Shown in pieces: positions 23,112 to 31,000 of a stretch of 60,755 bases of DNA. Origin of the DNA: an uncultured Gammaproteobacteria bacterium (lineage in GTDB: Bacteria; Patescibacteriota; Patescibacteriia; CAYZDG01). The stretch's first letter is position 1, and each line of letters starts with the position of its first letter. The position numbers and the translations under genes are program-made. The stretch spans positions 97,480 to 158,234 of the forward strand of contig CAZHXI010000001.1 of NCBI GenBank assembly GCA_964536515.1. The letters run 5' to 3'. A model generated the notes under the pieces. It did not search any database. It was not told the origin of the DNA and saw only the letters and a list, made by a program, of their open reading frames with translations.

Positions 23112-23501
23112 TGGTGGAGATGGCGGGGGTTGCACCCGCGTGCACACGCTCGTGGCAGGACGTTCTACACGCGTACCCCGTTCGAGAGGTTTAGGTTCAG
23201 GCAGTAGAGAGCGGGGGAGAGCTGCCGGTTCCGAGCCGACCTGTATGCAGCCTCGCACGGATCGGCGGCGTGCGGGCGGGCCTCGACGGTATGGCACCCG
23301 GGTCCAGCCCGCGAGACAGGGCTGGTCGGATGGCGTTGGCCCTTAGGCGAACGCGGGAGCGAAGGCAGGGGCGCGGAAAGCGCTCGCTACCTTAGCCATG
23401 ACATTTTTGGCATGTCTGCCTGCGGGACTCCGTTGACGTTGGTTTCCCAGTCGCCGGCGTGCCCGTCCTACGGTGAGCTATGTGGCAAAGTACGGCATCC
23501 C
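23112..23501 (-). ncRNA. ssrA: tmRNA (SsrA)
   Basis: The 3' end GCGGG-UGCAACC-CCCGC-CAUCUCC-ACCA pairs with the 5' end GGGGAUG, with G3:U70. An internal tag ORF begins after 'AAAAAUGUCAUG': GCU AAG ... GCC UAA, giving AKVASAFRAPAFAPAFA*. The gene is adjacent to smpB. Confidence 0.85.
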
Positions 23502-23551
23502 CCCTCCGCTTCCCGTCGTCGGGGATCGGGGGGTGGCGGCCGTACGCGCTA

Positions 23552-24013
23552 TCAAGGTGCTGCCCGTCGAATCTGCCGCTTGGCTTCTCGCTCCCTTATC
23601 GCCTCGCGCTTGTCGGCTTTGGTACGGCTGCGAGCCACCGCAATTTCGACCTTCACCAGCGACCGCTCAACGTACACGCGCAGCGGGATGACGGTCAACC
23701 CCTTGGCTTTGATCGTGCCGATGAGGCGGTCTATCTCGCCGCGGTTGAGCAGCAGCTTGCGGTCGGCGCTGGGGTCGTAGCCTCGCTGCACCTGGCTGGC
23801 GGGGCGGTACGGGCCGATGAAGGATCCTCGGAGCCAGGCTTCGGTCTTGCCGTTCGTGGTCAGCACGGTTACGAAGCTGCCCTTGAGCGAGCAGTGGCCC
23901 AGCTTGGCCGCCTTAACCTCGGGGCCGGTCAGCTTGAGCCCAGCGGCCAGCTTCTCCGTCACCTCGTAGGTGAAGGTGGCGCCCCTATTCTCTGCGAGAG
24001 TTCGTCCTGGCAT
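23552..24013 (-). CDS. smpB: SsrA-binding protein SmpB
   Basis: 'LAENRGATFTYEV...GLKLTGPEVK...KLLLNRGEIDRL' with a basic C-terminal tail. The ATG at 24013 is preferred over the track start at 24052. Confidence 0.9.
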   Translation of the reverse strand: MPGRTLAENRGATFTYEVTEKLAAGLKLTGPEVKAAKLGHCSLKGSFVTVLTTNGKTEAWLRGSFIGPYRPASQVQRGYDPSADRKLLLNRGEIDRLIGTIKAKGLTVIPLRVYVERSLVKVEIAVARSRTKADKREAIREREAKRQIRRAAP

Positions 24014-24068
24014 AGCTTTACGGTGTGGTGGTGCCATTCTATACTTACGCACACCTGCTCGCTACCCT

Positions 24069-24575
24069 ATGTCCGATATCCGCCGATTCAGCCGTACCCC
24101 CGACAGCCCGGCTGCCGAGGAAGGGCGTTGGGCCGATTCTCCGCCGGTTCAGCGACGCTGGGGACTGGTGGTGGGCGGAGCTACGCTCGTCATCGTGGCC
24201 GTGGTTGCGGCGCTCAAGCTGTCTACCGGCAGCGTGCTGGGTCTGTGGCCGAGCGCGCCGACGTGGCAGGCTGTATTCCTCTCCAATAGCACCGTCTACT
24301 TCGGCCAGGTCGGCTCCAGCGGCGGCCAGTGGCTGGAGATGCACGACATTTACTACCTGCAGCGAGCCCAGACTCCGCAGCCGTCCGGCGCGCCAGATGA
24401 GCAGGTCGACCAGAGCAAGCTGGTGCTCATTAAGCTGGGCAACGAGCTCCACGGCCCCCAGGATAAGATGCACATCAACCGGGACCACGTCGTCTTCATT
24501 GAAGATTTGAAGGCCGACTCGCAGGTGGTGAAGGCGATCGATAGCTACCTGCAGGCCCAGGCTCCGGCTAGGTAG
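24069..24575 (+). CDS. Membrane-anchored hypothetical protein
   Basis: The ATG at 24069 lies within track ORF 23970..24575. It has one TM segment (WGLVVGGATLVIVAVVAALKL). It is the first gene of the surface locus. Confidence 0.5.
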   Translation: MSDIRRFSRTPDSPAAEEGRWADSPPVQRRWGLVVGGATLVIVAVVAALKLSTGSVLGLWPSAPTWQAVFLSNSTVYFGQVGSSGGQWLEMHDIYYLQRAQTPQPSGAPDEQVDQSKLVLIKLGNELHGPQDKMHINRDHVVFIEDLKADSQVVKAIDSYLQAQAPAR

Positions 24576-24577
24576 CC

Positions 24578-25954
24578 ATGGCCGCACGGCTGAGCGTAGC
24601 GGCGACGCTCCTGGCGCTGGCGGCGGCATTCGGTCCGCCCATCGTACGGGCGGAAATGAATAGCGCCAGCTACCGGATAGACCGCGACGTCATTAGCTAC
24701 GGCGGCGGCGAGAGCCAGTCCGGTAGCTACCAAGCCTTCGCCAGCCTGGGCGACTTCGCGGCTGGCTTGAGCCAGTCGGCGAGCTACGTGGTGAACGCTG
24801 GCCAGCCGGGGCAGACGAACGCCGTCATTACGCTGACGCTGGATAGCCCCACAGTCTCGCTCGGCACGCTCACGCCCGGTACCCCGGTCGGCGACGGGAC
24901 CGTCATTACGGTTGCGACCGATGCGCTGAACGGCTACAGCCTGTCTACCTCGTACAGCGGCGCAATGACGTCCGGCGCATACAACATCGCCGACTTCGTG
25001 GGCACGGTTGCCGATCCGGTGCCGTGGACCGACAACTGCGTGGCCAGCTCCACGCAGTGCGGCTTCGGCTTCTCGCTGCAGTTCGATACCGCGCTGGCCG
25101 ATTCCGACTTCAACGCCAGCGCAGACAGCGCCGCCCTAAGGGCGAACGGAACGGGCCAGGATTGGTACGAGAGCCGCGCCCAGGCGCCTACCATGCTAAC
25201 CCTCGACGAGGCCGCGATCGGCAGCAACTCCACCAAGAAGGCGCGGCTCGCATCCAGTACCACCCAGAACGTCTACCTGTCGCAGGAGTTTGCGGCCAGC
25301 GCTACATCAACGTTCATGGCGCAGTGGGACGTGTTCGTGGACGACGTGCTGGACGACAGCACGCGAGACCGTGCCGCGGTCATGTTGGTCGGCGACGACT
25401 CCGGCGGCACCAATGGCCCCAACTCGGCCAGCACCGAGCGGTTCGTCCACCTGGCTTTCTGGAAGAACGGCGGCGGCGATACCGGCTCTGCCGTGCTGGT
25501 GGCGCAGGAGGCGGGCGATACGTTCAATGATTCTACGGTGTGGCGCCAGGTTAAGACGGACATGAGCCTAGACCAGTGGTACACCATCCGCGTCGTCGGC
25601 AACCTCGCCGCCGATACGTACGACGTGTACGTGGACGGCGTGCTGGCGGCGAGCGGGGTCGCCGCGCTCACCGCCAAGTCCAGCGTCGGGTACATTTCGT
25701 TCGCCAGCTGGAGCGACAGCCGCGGCGCCTACTACGTGGATAACATTACGGCCGATATCGGGGGCGTGCCGAAGTGGGGGAACGGCACCGACTTCGCCGC
25801 CTTCACCACTACGGCTGCCGAAGTCTACAGCCGCGGCGGGTACAGCACGGCGGCGGATACAGCTACGGTCCGCTACCGCGCCGACGTTCCGGTAACCCAG
25901 CCCACCGGCTCGTACCAGACCACCATTACCTACACCGCGACCGCGACGCTGTAG
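24578..25954 (+). CDS. Secreted beta-rich protein with inserted LamG/concanavalin-like module (WxL/CscB-like ends)
   Basis: Signal peptide (...PPIVRA/E). 'SASY' repeats. 'FVHLAFWKNGGG...WYTIRVVGNLAADTYDVYVDGVLAASG' looks like a laminin-G-type jelly roll. The C-terminal 'PTGSYQTTITYTATATL*' parallels the ends of the next two genes. Confidence 0.5.
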   Translation: MAARLSVAATLLALAAAFGPPIVRAEMNSASYRIDRDVISYGGGESQSGSYQAFASLGDFAAGLSQSASYVVNAGQPGQTNAVITLTLDSPTVSLGTLTPGTPVGDGTVITVATDALNGYSLSTSYSGAMTSGAYNIADFVGTVADPVPWTDNCVASSTQCGFGFSLQFDTALADSDFNASADSAALRANGTGQDWYESRAQAPTMLTLDEAAIGSNSTKKARLASSTTQNVYLSQEFAASATSTFMAQWDVFVDDVLDDSTRDRAAVMLVGDDSGGTNGPNSASTERFVHLAFWKNGGGDTGSAVLVAQEAGDTFNDSTVWRQVKTDMSLDQWYTIRVVGNLAADTYDVYVDGVLAASGVAALTAKSSVGYISFASWSDSRGAYYVDNITADIGGVPKWGNGTDFAAFTTTAAEVYSRGGYSTAADTATVRYRADVPVTQPTGSYQTTITYTATATL

Positions 25955-25992
25955 CCTTCCCGCGCACGGGGGCGTATAATTGTTACGTAGCA

Positions 25993-26643
25993 ATGACTAG
26001 CATGGAGTACACGCAAGCAGCAGCGAGGAGCTCGTCTCTGCGGATAGCCGCAGCAACGGCTGCTGCCGTCCTCGTCGGCACCGTCGCCTTCGGCGCGCTG
26101 GAGGCGGGCTACCTGGCGGCCGCCGTGGACGAGGACCAGGTGGAGATTTCGCTGGTGGTGGACGCGGTTCTCTCCATCAGCAGCCCGGCCAACGTCAGCC
26201 TCGGCACCATCAACGGCACCGGCCAGAGCGTCACGAGCAGCGCCGACTTCAACGTCATCACCAACAACACCTCCGGCTACCGCTTCGACATCAAGGCGTC
26301 GAGCAGCCCGGCCATGCGCTGCTCGAGCGGCGGCTGCGCGGTGAACAGCGACTCGTTCGCCGACTACACCCCGGCTACCGCCGACGTGCCCGAGACCTGG
26401 AGCGTGGCGGCGAGCGCCAGCGAGTTCGGCATCTCGGCCAGCGGCACCGCGGCCAGCTCCAGCTTCCTGACCGGCCAGACGTACTACAACCTCACCACCG
26501 CCTACCGCTGGATCGCCGGGCAGAACACCCAGACAACCGGCGCCACCACCAGCGTCATCTACCGGGCGGAGATCGGGGCGAGCAAGGTGCAGCCGACGGG
26601 CGTGTACACGGCTACCACCACCGCCCAGGTGACCACGCTGTAG
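25993..26643 (+). CDS. Secreted beta-rich protein (WxL/CscB-like), duplicate A
   Basis: The ATG at 25993 is in frame within track ORF 25774..26643. It has a signal-like N-terminus. The C-terminal 190 aa are identical to 26721..27359. Confidence 0.6.
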   Translation: MTSMEYTQAAARSSSLRIAAATAAAVLVGTVAFGALEAGYLAAAVDEDQVEISLVVDAVLSISSPANVSLGTINGTGQSVTSSADFNVITNNTSGYRFDIKASSSPAMRCSSGGCAVNSDSFADYTPATADVPETWSVAASASEFGISASGTAASSSFLTGQTYYNLTTAYRWIAGQNTQTTGATTSVIYRAEIGASKVQPTGVYTATTTAQVTTL

Positions 26644-26651
26644 ATCGGCGG
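26082..26651 (+). repeat. 570-bp perfect direct repeat, copy 1
   Basis: Line-by-line comparison with 26798-27367 (offset 716 bp) showed no mismatch. Confidence 0.9.
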
Positions 26652-26720
26652 TTACAAGATGCTCCCGAATGGGGTATAGTATATCGGTAAGTTGGACTGT
26701 GGATAACAGGTAAACAGACA

Positions 26721-27359
26721 ATGAATTTAGAGAGCAAGAGAACTACGGCAGCTGGGCGTTTGGTCTTAGCGGCTATGGGCGTTTCGCTCTGCAGCTACGT
26801 CGCCTTCGGCGCGCTGGAGGCGGGCTACCTGGCGGCCGCCGTGGACGAGGACCAGGTGGAGATTTCGCTGGTGGTGGACGCGGTTCTCTCCATCAGCAGC
26901 CCGGCCAACGTCAGCCTCGGCACCATCAACGGCACCGGCCAGAGCGTCACGAGCAGCGCCGACTTCAACGTCATCACCAACAACACCTCCGGCTACCGCT
27001 TCGACATCAAGGCGTCGAGCAGCCCGGCCATGCGCTGCTCGAGCGGCGGCTGCGCGGTGAACAGCGACTCGTTCGCCGACTACACCCCGGCTACCGCCGA
27101 CGTGCCCGAGACCTGGAGCGTGGCGGCGAGCGCCAGCGAGTTCGGCATCTCGGCCAGCGGCACCGCGGCCAGCTCCAGCTTCCTGACCGGCCAGACGTAC
27201 TACAACCTCACCACCGCCTACCGCTGGATCGCCGGGCAGAACACCCAGACAACCGGCGCCACCACCAGCGTCATCTACCGGGCGGAGATCGGGGCGAGCA
27301 AGGTGCAGCCGACGGGCGTGTACACGGCTACCACCACCGCCCAGGTGACCACGCTGTAG
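26721..27359 (+). CDS. Secreted beta-rich protein (WxL/CscB-like), duplicate B
   Basis: It has a distinct N-terminus (MNLESKRTTAAGRLVLAAMGVSLCSY) followed by sequence identical to duplicate A. It is preceded by an AT-rich spacer containing TATAGTATAT. Confidence 0.6.
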   Translation: MNLESKRTTAAGRLVLAAMGVSLCSYVAFGALEAGYLAAAVDEDQVEISLVVDAVLSISSPANVSLGTINGTGQSVTSSADFNVITNNTSGYRFDIKASSSPAMRCSSGGCAVNSDSFADYTPATADVPETWSVAASASEFGISASGTAASSSFLTGQTYYNLTTAYRWIAGQNTQTTGATTSVIYRAEIGASKVQPTGVYTATTTAQVTTL

Positions 27360-27367
27360 ATCGGCGG
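26798..27367 (+). repeat. 570-bp perfect direct repeat, copy 2
   Basis: See copy 1. Confidence 0.9.
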
Positions 27368-27410
27368 CCATTTGCGCCCCCGGCGCCGTTGGCCTAGAGT
27401 CAAAAAAACT

Positions 27411-28379
27411 ATGAGCCGAGCCTACTACCTGCTCTCTATAGCCTCGGTAGGAGCCGCACTTGCTGTGGGTTCCGGTGTAGCTCACGGCGCATCGACCAGC
27501 ACCGTCAATGCCCCCGCGAACGGGATGTTTTCGGTCAGCCCGGCACGACAGGAGATTGAAATTGAGCCCGGGGCGACCGTCACCAAGTACATTGACGTAG
27601 TCAACAGGCTGGGTCGTCCCAGTAGGTACGTGGTGGAGGTTAACCCCTTCGTCGCCGGGGCACCGGGAGACGGCGGCGTCGAGGTCCCCCTGGTAGAGCC
27701 GCCGAACTCAGCCGTCAGCTGGATCCGTCCTGAGCTAGACGAGTTCATTCTGCAGGATGGCGAGCGCCTGAAGATGGCGGTAAAGGTTTCGGCGCCTGCG
27801 AATGCCGGCGCAGGTGGACACTACGCCGGCGTATTCATCTCTAGCCACTCGCTGGAGAAGCCACTGCCGACGTCGAACATCAATGTGGTTACGCGCGTCG
27901 GCTCGCTATTCCTCATCAATGTAAAGGGCGACGTGGTGGAGGCTGGCCGCATCAGCCAATTCTCGGCGCCGCGCGTCCATACCCGCCTCTCGCCGGTAAC
28001 CTTCGACGTTGCCTTCAAGAACGAGGGTACCACCCACGTCGCGCCGCACGGTACGGTAGAGGTTAGCAATCTGTTCGGAACACGCGTCGCAGTCCTGCCC
28101 GTAGAGGCCTGGTACGTGCTGCCGCAGTCGGAGCGGAGCCGCCAGGTGACCTGGGATAGGCGGTGGCTGTGGGGTCCCTACCGCGCCACCCTCAATCTGA
28201 CCTACGGCCGCGCCGACGACCTGAATGCAGACGCCAGCATCCTCATCTGGGCTGCGCCGTGGCGAATGGTAGCCATCGTGCTCCTCGCGCTCATCGCGTT
28301 CTGGCTGCTGTGGCGGCAGTACCTATCTCGGATTCACATCAGCCTATCCGGCCCCAAGGCGCCGAACGATGGCGCGTAG
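27411..28379 (+). CDS. Signal-peptide protein with C-terminal TM anchor (CscA/DUF916-like)
   Basis: 'FSVSPARQEIEIEPGATVTKYIDVVNRLG' beta-sandwich start. C-terminal anchor 'WRMVAIVLLALIAFWLLWRQYLSR'. The ATG at 27411 lies within the track ORF. Confidence 0.5.
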   Translation: MSRAYYLLSIASVGAALAVGSGVAHGASTSTVNAPANGMFSVSPARQEIEIEPGATVTKYIDVVNRLGRPSRYVVEVNPFVAGAPGDGGVEVPLVEPPNSAVSWIRPELDEFILQDGERLKMAVKVSAPANAGAGGHYAGVFISSHSLEKPLPTSNINVVTRVGSLFLINVKGDVVEAGRISQFSAPRVHTRLSPVTFDVAFKNEGTTHVAPHGTVEVSNLFGTRVAVLPVEAWYVLPQSERSRQVTWDRRWLWGPYRATLNLTYGRADDLNADASILIWAAPWRMVAIVLLALIAFWLLWRQYLSRIHISLSGPKAPNDGA

Positions 28380-29223
28380 GTTGCTGGCCGGCGCCGTGGC
28401 TCTGGCGCTCGCCGCGGTCGGTACCAAAGTCAGCGCGGCGACGGTTTCTCTGTCGCCGCTGTTCTTAAGCTACGACCTGCCGCAGGGTGCCACCCAGCAG
28501 ATGGAGGTTGCCGTGGCGAACCCCGGGAGCGAGGCGGTGGATATTCAGCTAGAGAGCGACCGCTACCCCAGCCCCGGCGACGGTAGCCCGCTGCCGCGTA
28601 GCCAGTCGCTGGAGCCGTGGCTGTACGGGCCAGCCGAGCCAATTACCCTGCAGCCTGGTGAGGCGGTGAGGGTCCCGGTGGAGCTACGGGTGCCGCTGGA
28701 GGCGGCGAACGGGAGCTACTACGGCATCGTGGCTGCCCGGGCGGTGCAGCGCGGCGGCAGCATTTCGGTAGCGGGGCGGGTAGCTACCGTCGTCCTGGCC
28801 AACGTCGGTTCGCCGCTGGATGCTACCGGGCAGATCGATAGCTTCAGCCTGCAGCGGGGGGGCGAGCGGTGGGAGGCTACCGTTTCGTACGAGAATACCG
28901 GCAATGCGCACTTCGTTCCCAGCGGCACAGTCTCCTTCCGCTCCTGGCCTGCAGGTGTCGCCGCCGAAGTCGGCCTGGAGTCGCGGCCGGTGCTGCCCGG
29001 AACCGTCCGTCCGCTGCGCGCGTCCACGCCCCGGGCGACGCTTGGCTGGGGCGTAGCTGTGGCTACGGCGAGGGTGGTCGACGGCAATGGCGTGGTGCGA
29101 ACTGCCAAGGACGTGTACGTGCCGCGCTCCATTAGAGCTACGCTGGCCCTGCTGACGGCCCTGGCTGTTGGGAGTACGATGTACGTACGAAGAAGGAAAC
29201 GTACCCTCCATGGCACGGCGTAG
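28369..29223 (+). CDS. Signal-peptide protein with C-terminal TM anchor (CscA/DUF916-like), paralog
   Basis: 'VSLSPLFLSYDLPQGATQQMEVAVANPGSEAVDIQL'. C-terminal anchor 'LALLTALAVGSTMYVRRRKR'. It overlaps the previous gene by 11 nt. Confidence 0.5.
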   Translation: MARRLLAGAVALALAAVGTKVSAATVSLSPLFLSYDLPQGATQQMEVAVANPGSEAVDIQLESDRYPSPGDGSPLPRSQSLEPWLYGPAEPITLQPGEAVRVPVELRVPLEAANGSYYGIVAARAVQRGGSISVAGRVATVVLANVGSPLDATGQIDSFSLQRGGERWEATVSYENTGNAHFVPSGTVSFRSWPAGVAAEVGLESRPVLPGTVRPLRASTPRATLGWGVAVATARVVDGNGVVRTAKDVYVPRSIRATLALLTALAVGSTMYVRRRKRTLHGTA

Positions 29224-30763
29224 CTTACCACTGCTCCTAGCTGCGTTCGCGGTCGGCATCGCGCTGCCGGCTGCAGCATCGACGGTAGCAGACCAGGTAA
29301 CGGTATCGCTCACCGTCAGTTCCACCTCAACGCCGACGTCTACCCCGTCTGAGCAGCCGTCTGGAGGCGGGGGAGGGGCGCCGCTTCCGGCCACGCCCCT
29401 GGTGGTGAGCGACGTCAGCATTACGTACCTCTCTCCGGACGAGGTGCTCATCAGCTGGCTAACGAATATGCCGGCTACTACCGTGCTGCGCTACGGCAGG
29501 ACCCTGCAGTACGAGGAGGCCACCGCGGCCTACACGGACGCCTATACCCTGCGCCACGAGGTTTCCCTAACCGGCCTGCAGCCTGGGTCCCTGTACCACG
29601 GGCAGATTATGGGGGCCACCGCGGCTGGCCAGCAGGTGGTTAGCAGCGACTTCGTGTTCTCGACCGAGGAGGAAGCCGACGGCACGCCGCCGGCGAACGT
29701 GGGGAGCCTGCTGGTGGTCCCCGGCGACGGGCAGATTGCCCTCAGCTGGCAGAACCCAACGGACCGAGACTTCGCCGGAGTGGCGGTGGTCCGTAGCGCC
29801 GCCGGCTTCCCGTCCAGCGTGGCCGACGGAGCGGTGGTTACCCGAACGGCGGGGACATCGTTCAACGATACGGGTCTCACCAACGGTCGCCGCTACTACT
29901 ACGCCCTATTCACATACGACAGCACGCTCAACTACTCGTCCGGAGCCATCGGCAGCGGCGTGCCGCAGGCAGCTGCCGCGCCGGGGGAGCCGCAGCAGCC
30001 GCCCCCTCCCCAGCCCGTGATACCGCCGGACTACGAGCCTGTCCCCCCAACCCAGGCGTTGCCACCCTCGGCGGTGCAGGTAGCAGCCTACCAGGGCTCT
30101 GTGGTGCTGGCAGCCAGCGCTACCGGCACGGTCAACGTCATAGCCGGCGAGTCCTTCACCATCGTCGTGCCCTCCTTCCAGCTCCAGAAGTCGGTGAGCC
30201 AGGTACTGGTAGAGCTGCAGATCCCCGGGGGAACGCAGTGGTACCTGCTGCAGGTAGAGCCCGGCCAGTCCAGCTACCGTGCCACGCTGCCGGCGACCTT
30301 GGCGCCGGGATCGTACGTAGCTAGGGTGCATATCCTCTACGTCGATAGGACTCAAGACAGCGTAGCCAAGGTGATTATCGTCAACGCCCGCGGCCAGGTC
30401 GTTGGCGCAGACGGCCAGCCGCTGCCCGAGGCGGTAGTGGTGCTGTGGGTGAGGCGCGGCACGTCTTGGCAGCTCTGGCAGCCCGTGGAGTACGCCCGAA
30501 ACCCAGTCGTAGTCGGGGAAAATGGCGGCTTCGGCTTCATGGTGGACGGTGGGCGGTACCGCGTGCAGGTGCTGCGGGGAGGGTTCGAGCCCTGGGACGA
30601 GGAGGTAGAGGCCCGGAATGGGATTGTGGCGCCGGTCGTAACGCTGCGACGTGCGTCGCTCGGCTCAGCCGGAGGCTACGCTGGTGCAGCGACGAACTAC
30701 GTGCTAGTCGCGCTCGCGTTGCTGGTCGCAGCTCTAACCGTGAAGCTCGTCCGCCGCGGGTAA
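29210..30763 (+). CDS. Surface protein: Fn3-like domains, Pro-rich linker, CarboxypepD_reg-like domain, C-terminal TM
   Basis: Signal 'MARRSLPLLLAAFAVGIALPAAAS'. 'VSDVSITYLSPDEVLISWLTNMPATTVLRYG' and 'GDGQIALSWQNPTDRDFAGVAVVR' are Fn3-like. 'GQVVGADGQPLPEAVVVLWV...GGRYRVQV'. C-terminal 'YVLVALALLVAALTVKLVRRG'. Confidence 0.55.
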   Translation: MARRSLPLLLAAFAVGIALPAAASTVADQVTVSLTVSSTSTPTSTPSEQPSGGGGGAPLPATPLVVSDVSITYLSPDEVLISWLTNMPATTVLRYGRTLQYEEATAAYTDAYTLRHEVSLTGLQPGSLYHGQIMGATAAGQQVVSSDFVFSTEEEADGTPPANVGSLLVVPGDGQIALSWQNPTDRDFAGVAVVRSAAGFPSSVADGAVVTRTAGTSFNDTGLTNGRRYYYALFTYDSTLNYSSGAIGSGVPQAAAAPGEPQQPPPPQPVIPPDYEPVPPTQALPPSAVQVAAYQGSVVLAASATGTVNVIAGESFTIVVPSFQLQKSVSQVLVELQIPGGTQWYLLQVEPGQSSYRATLPATLAPGSYVARVHILYVDRTQDSVAKVIIVNARGQVVGADGQPLPEAVVVLWVRRGTSWQLWQPVEYARNPVVVGENGGFGFMVDGGRYRVQVLRGGFEPWDEEVEARNGIVAPVVTLRRASLGSAGGYAGAATNYVLVALALLVAALTVKLVRRG

Positions 30764-30854
30764 GGAGTTCGTCGGCGTCGGGAATATCGCCCACCGGGGC
30801 GTTTTTTTGTATCCGAAGGGTGCCTACCGTCTCCTGATTCAAGTTTCACGACTC

Positions 30855-30884
30855 TTCACCAAAGACGGTACTTGTAAGTATAAT
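30855..30884 (+). promoter_or_regulatory. Candidate sigma70-type promoter (TTCACC-18 bp-TATAAT) in the AT-rich spacer upstream of the giant ORF
   Basis: TATAAT lies at 30879-30884. A 7-bp hairpin (TCGTCGT/ACGACGA, 30965-30983) sits in the putative 5'UTR. Confidence 0.4.
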
Positions 30885-31000
30885 TACATGTGGAAAAGCT
30901 GCACTCTGTGCAACTTGTATCCCGCGTAAGCTAACTGCAGCAAATGCAAAAATAAATTTAGGCATCGTCGTTCGTTACGACGACTCCTCTGCACGAAAAA

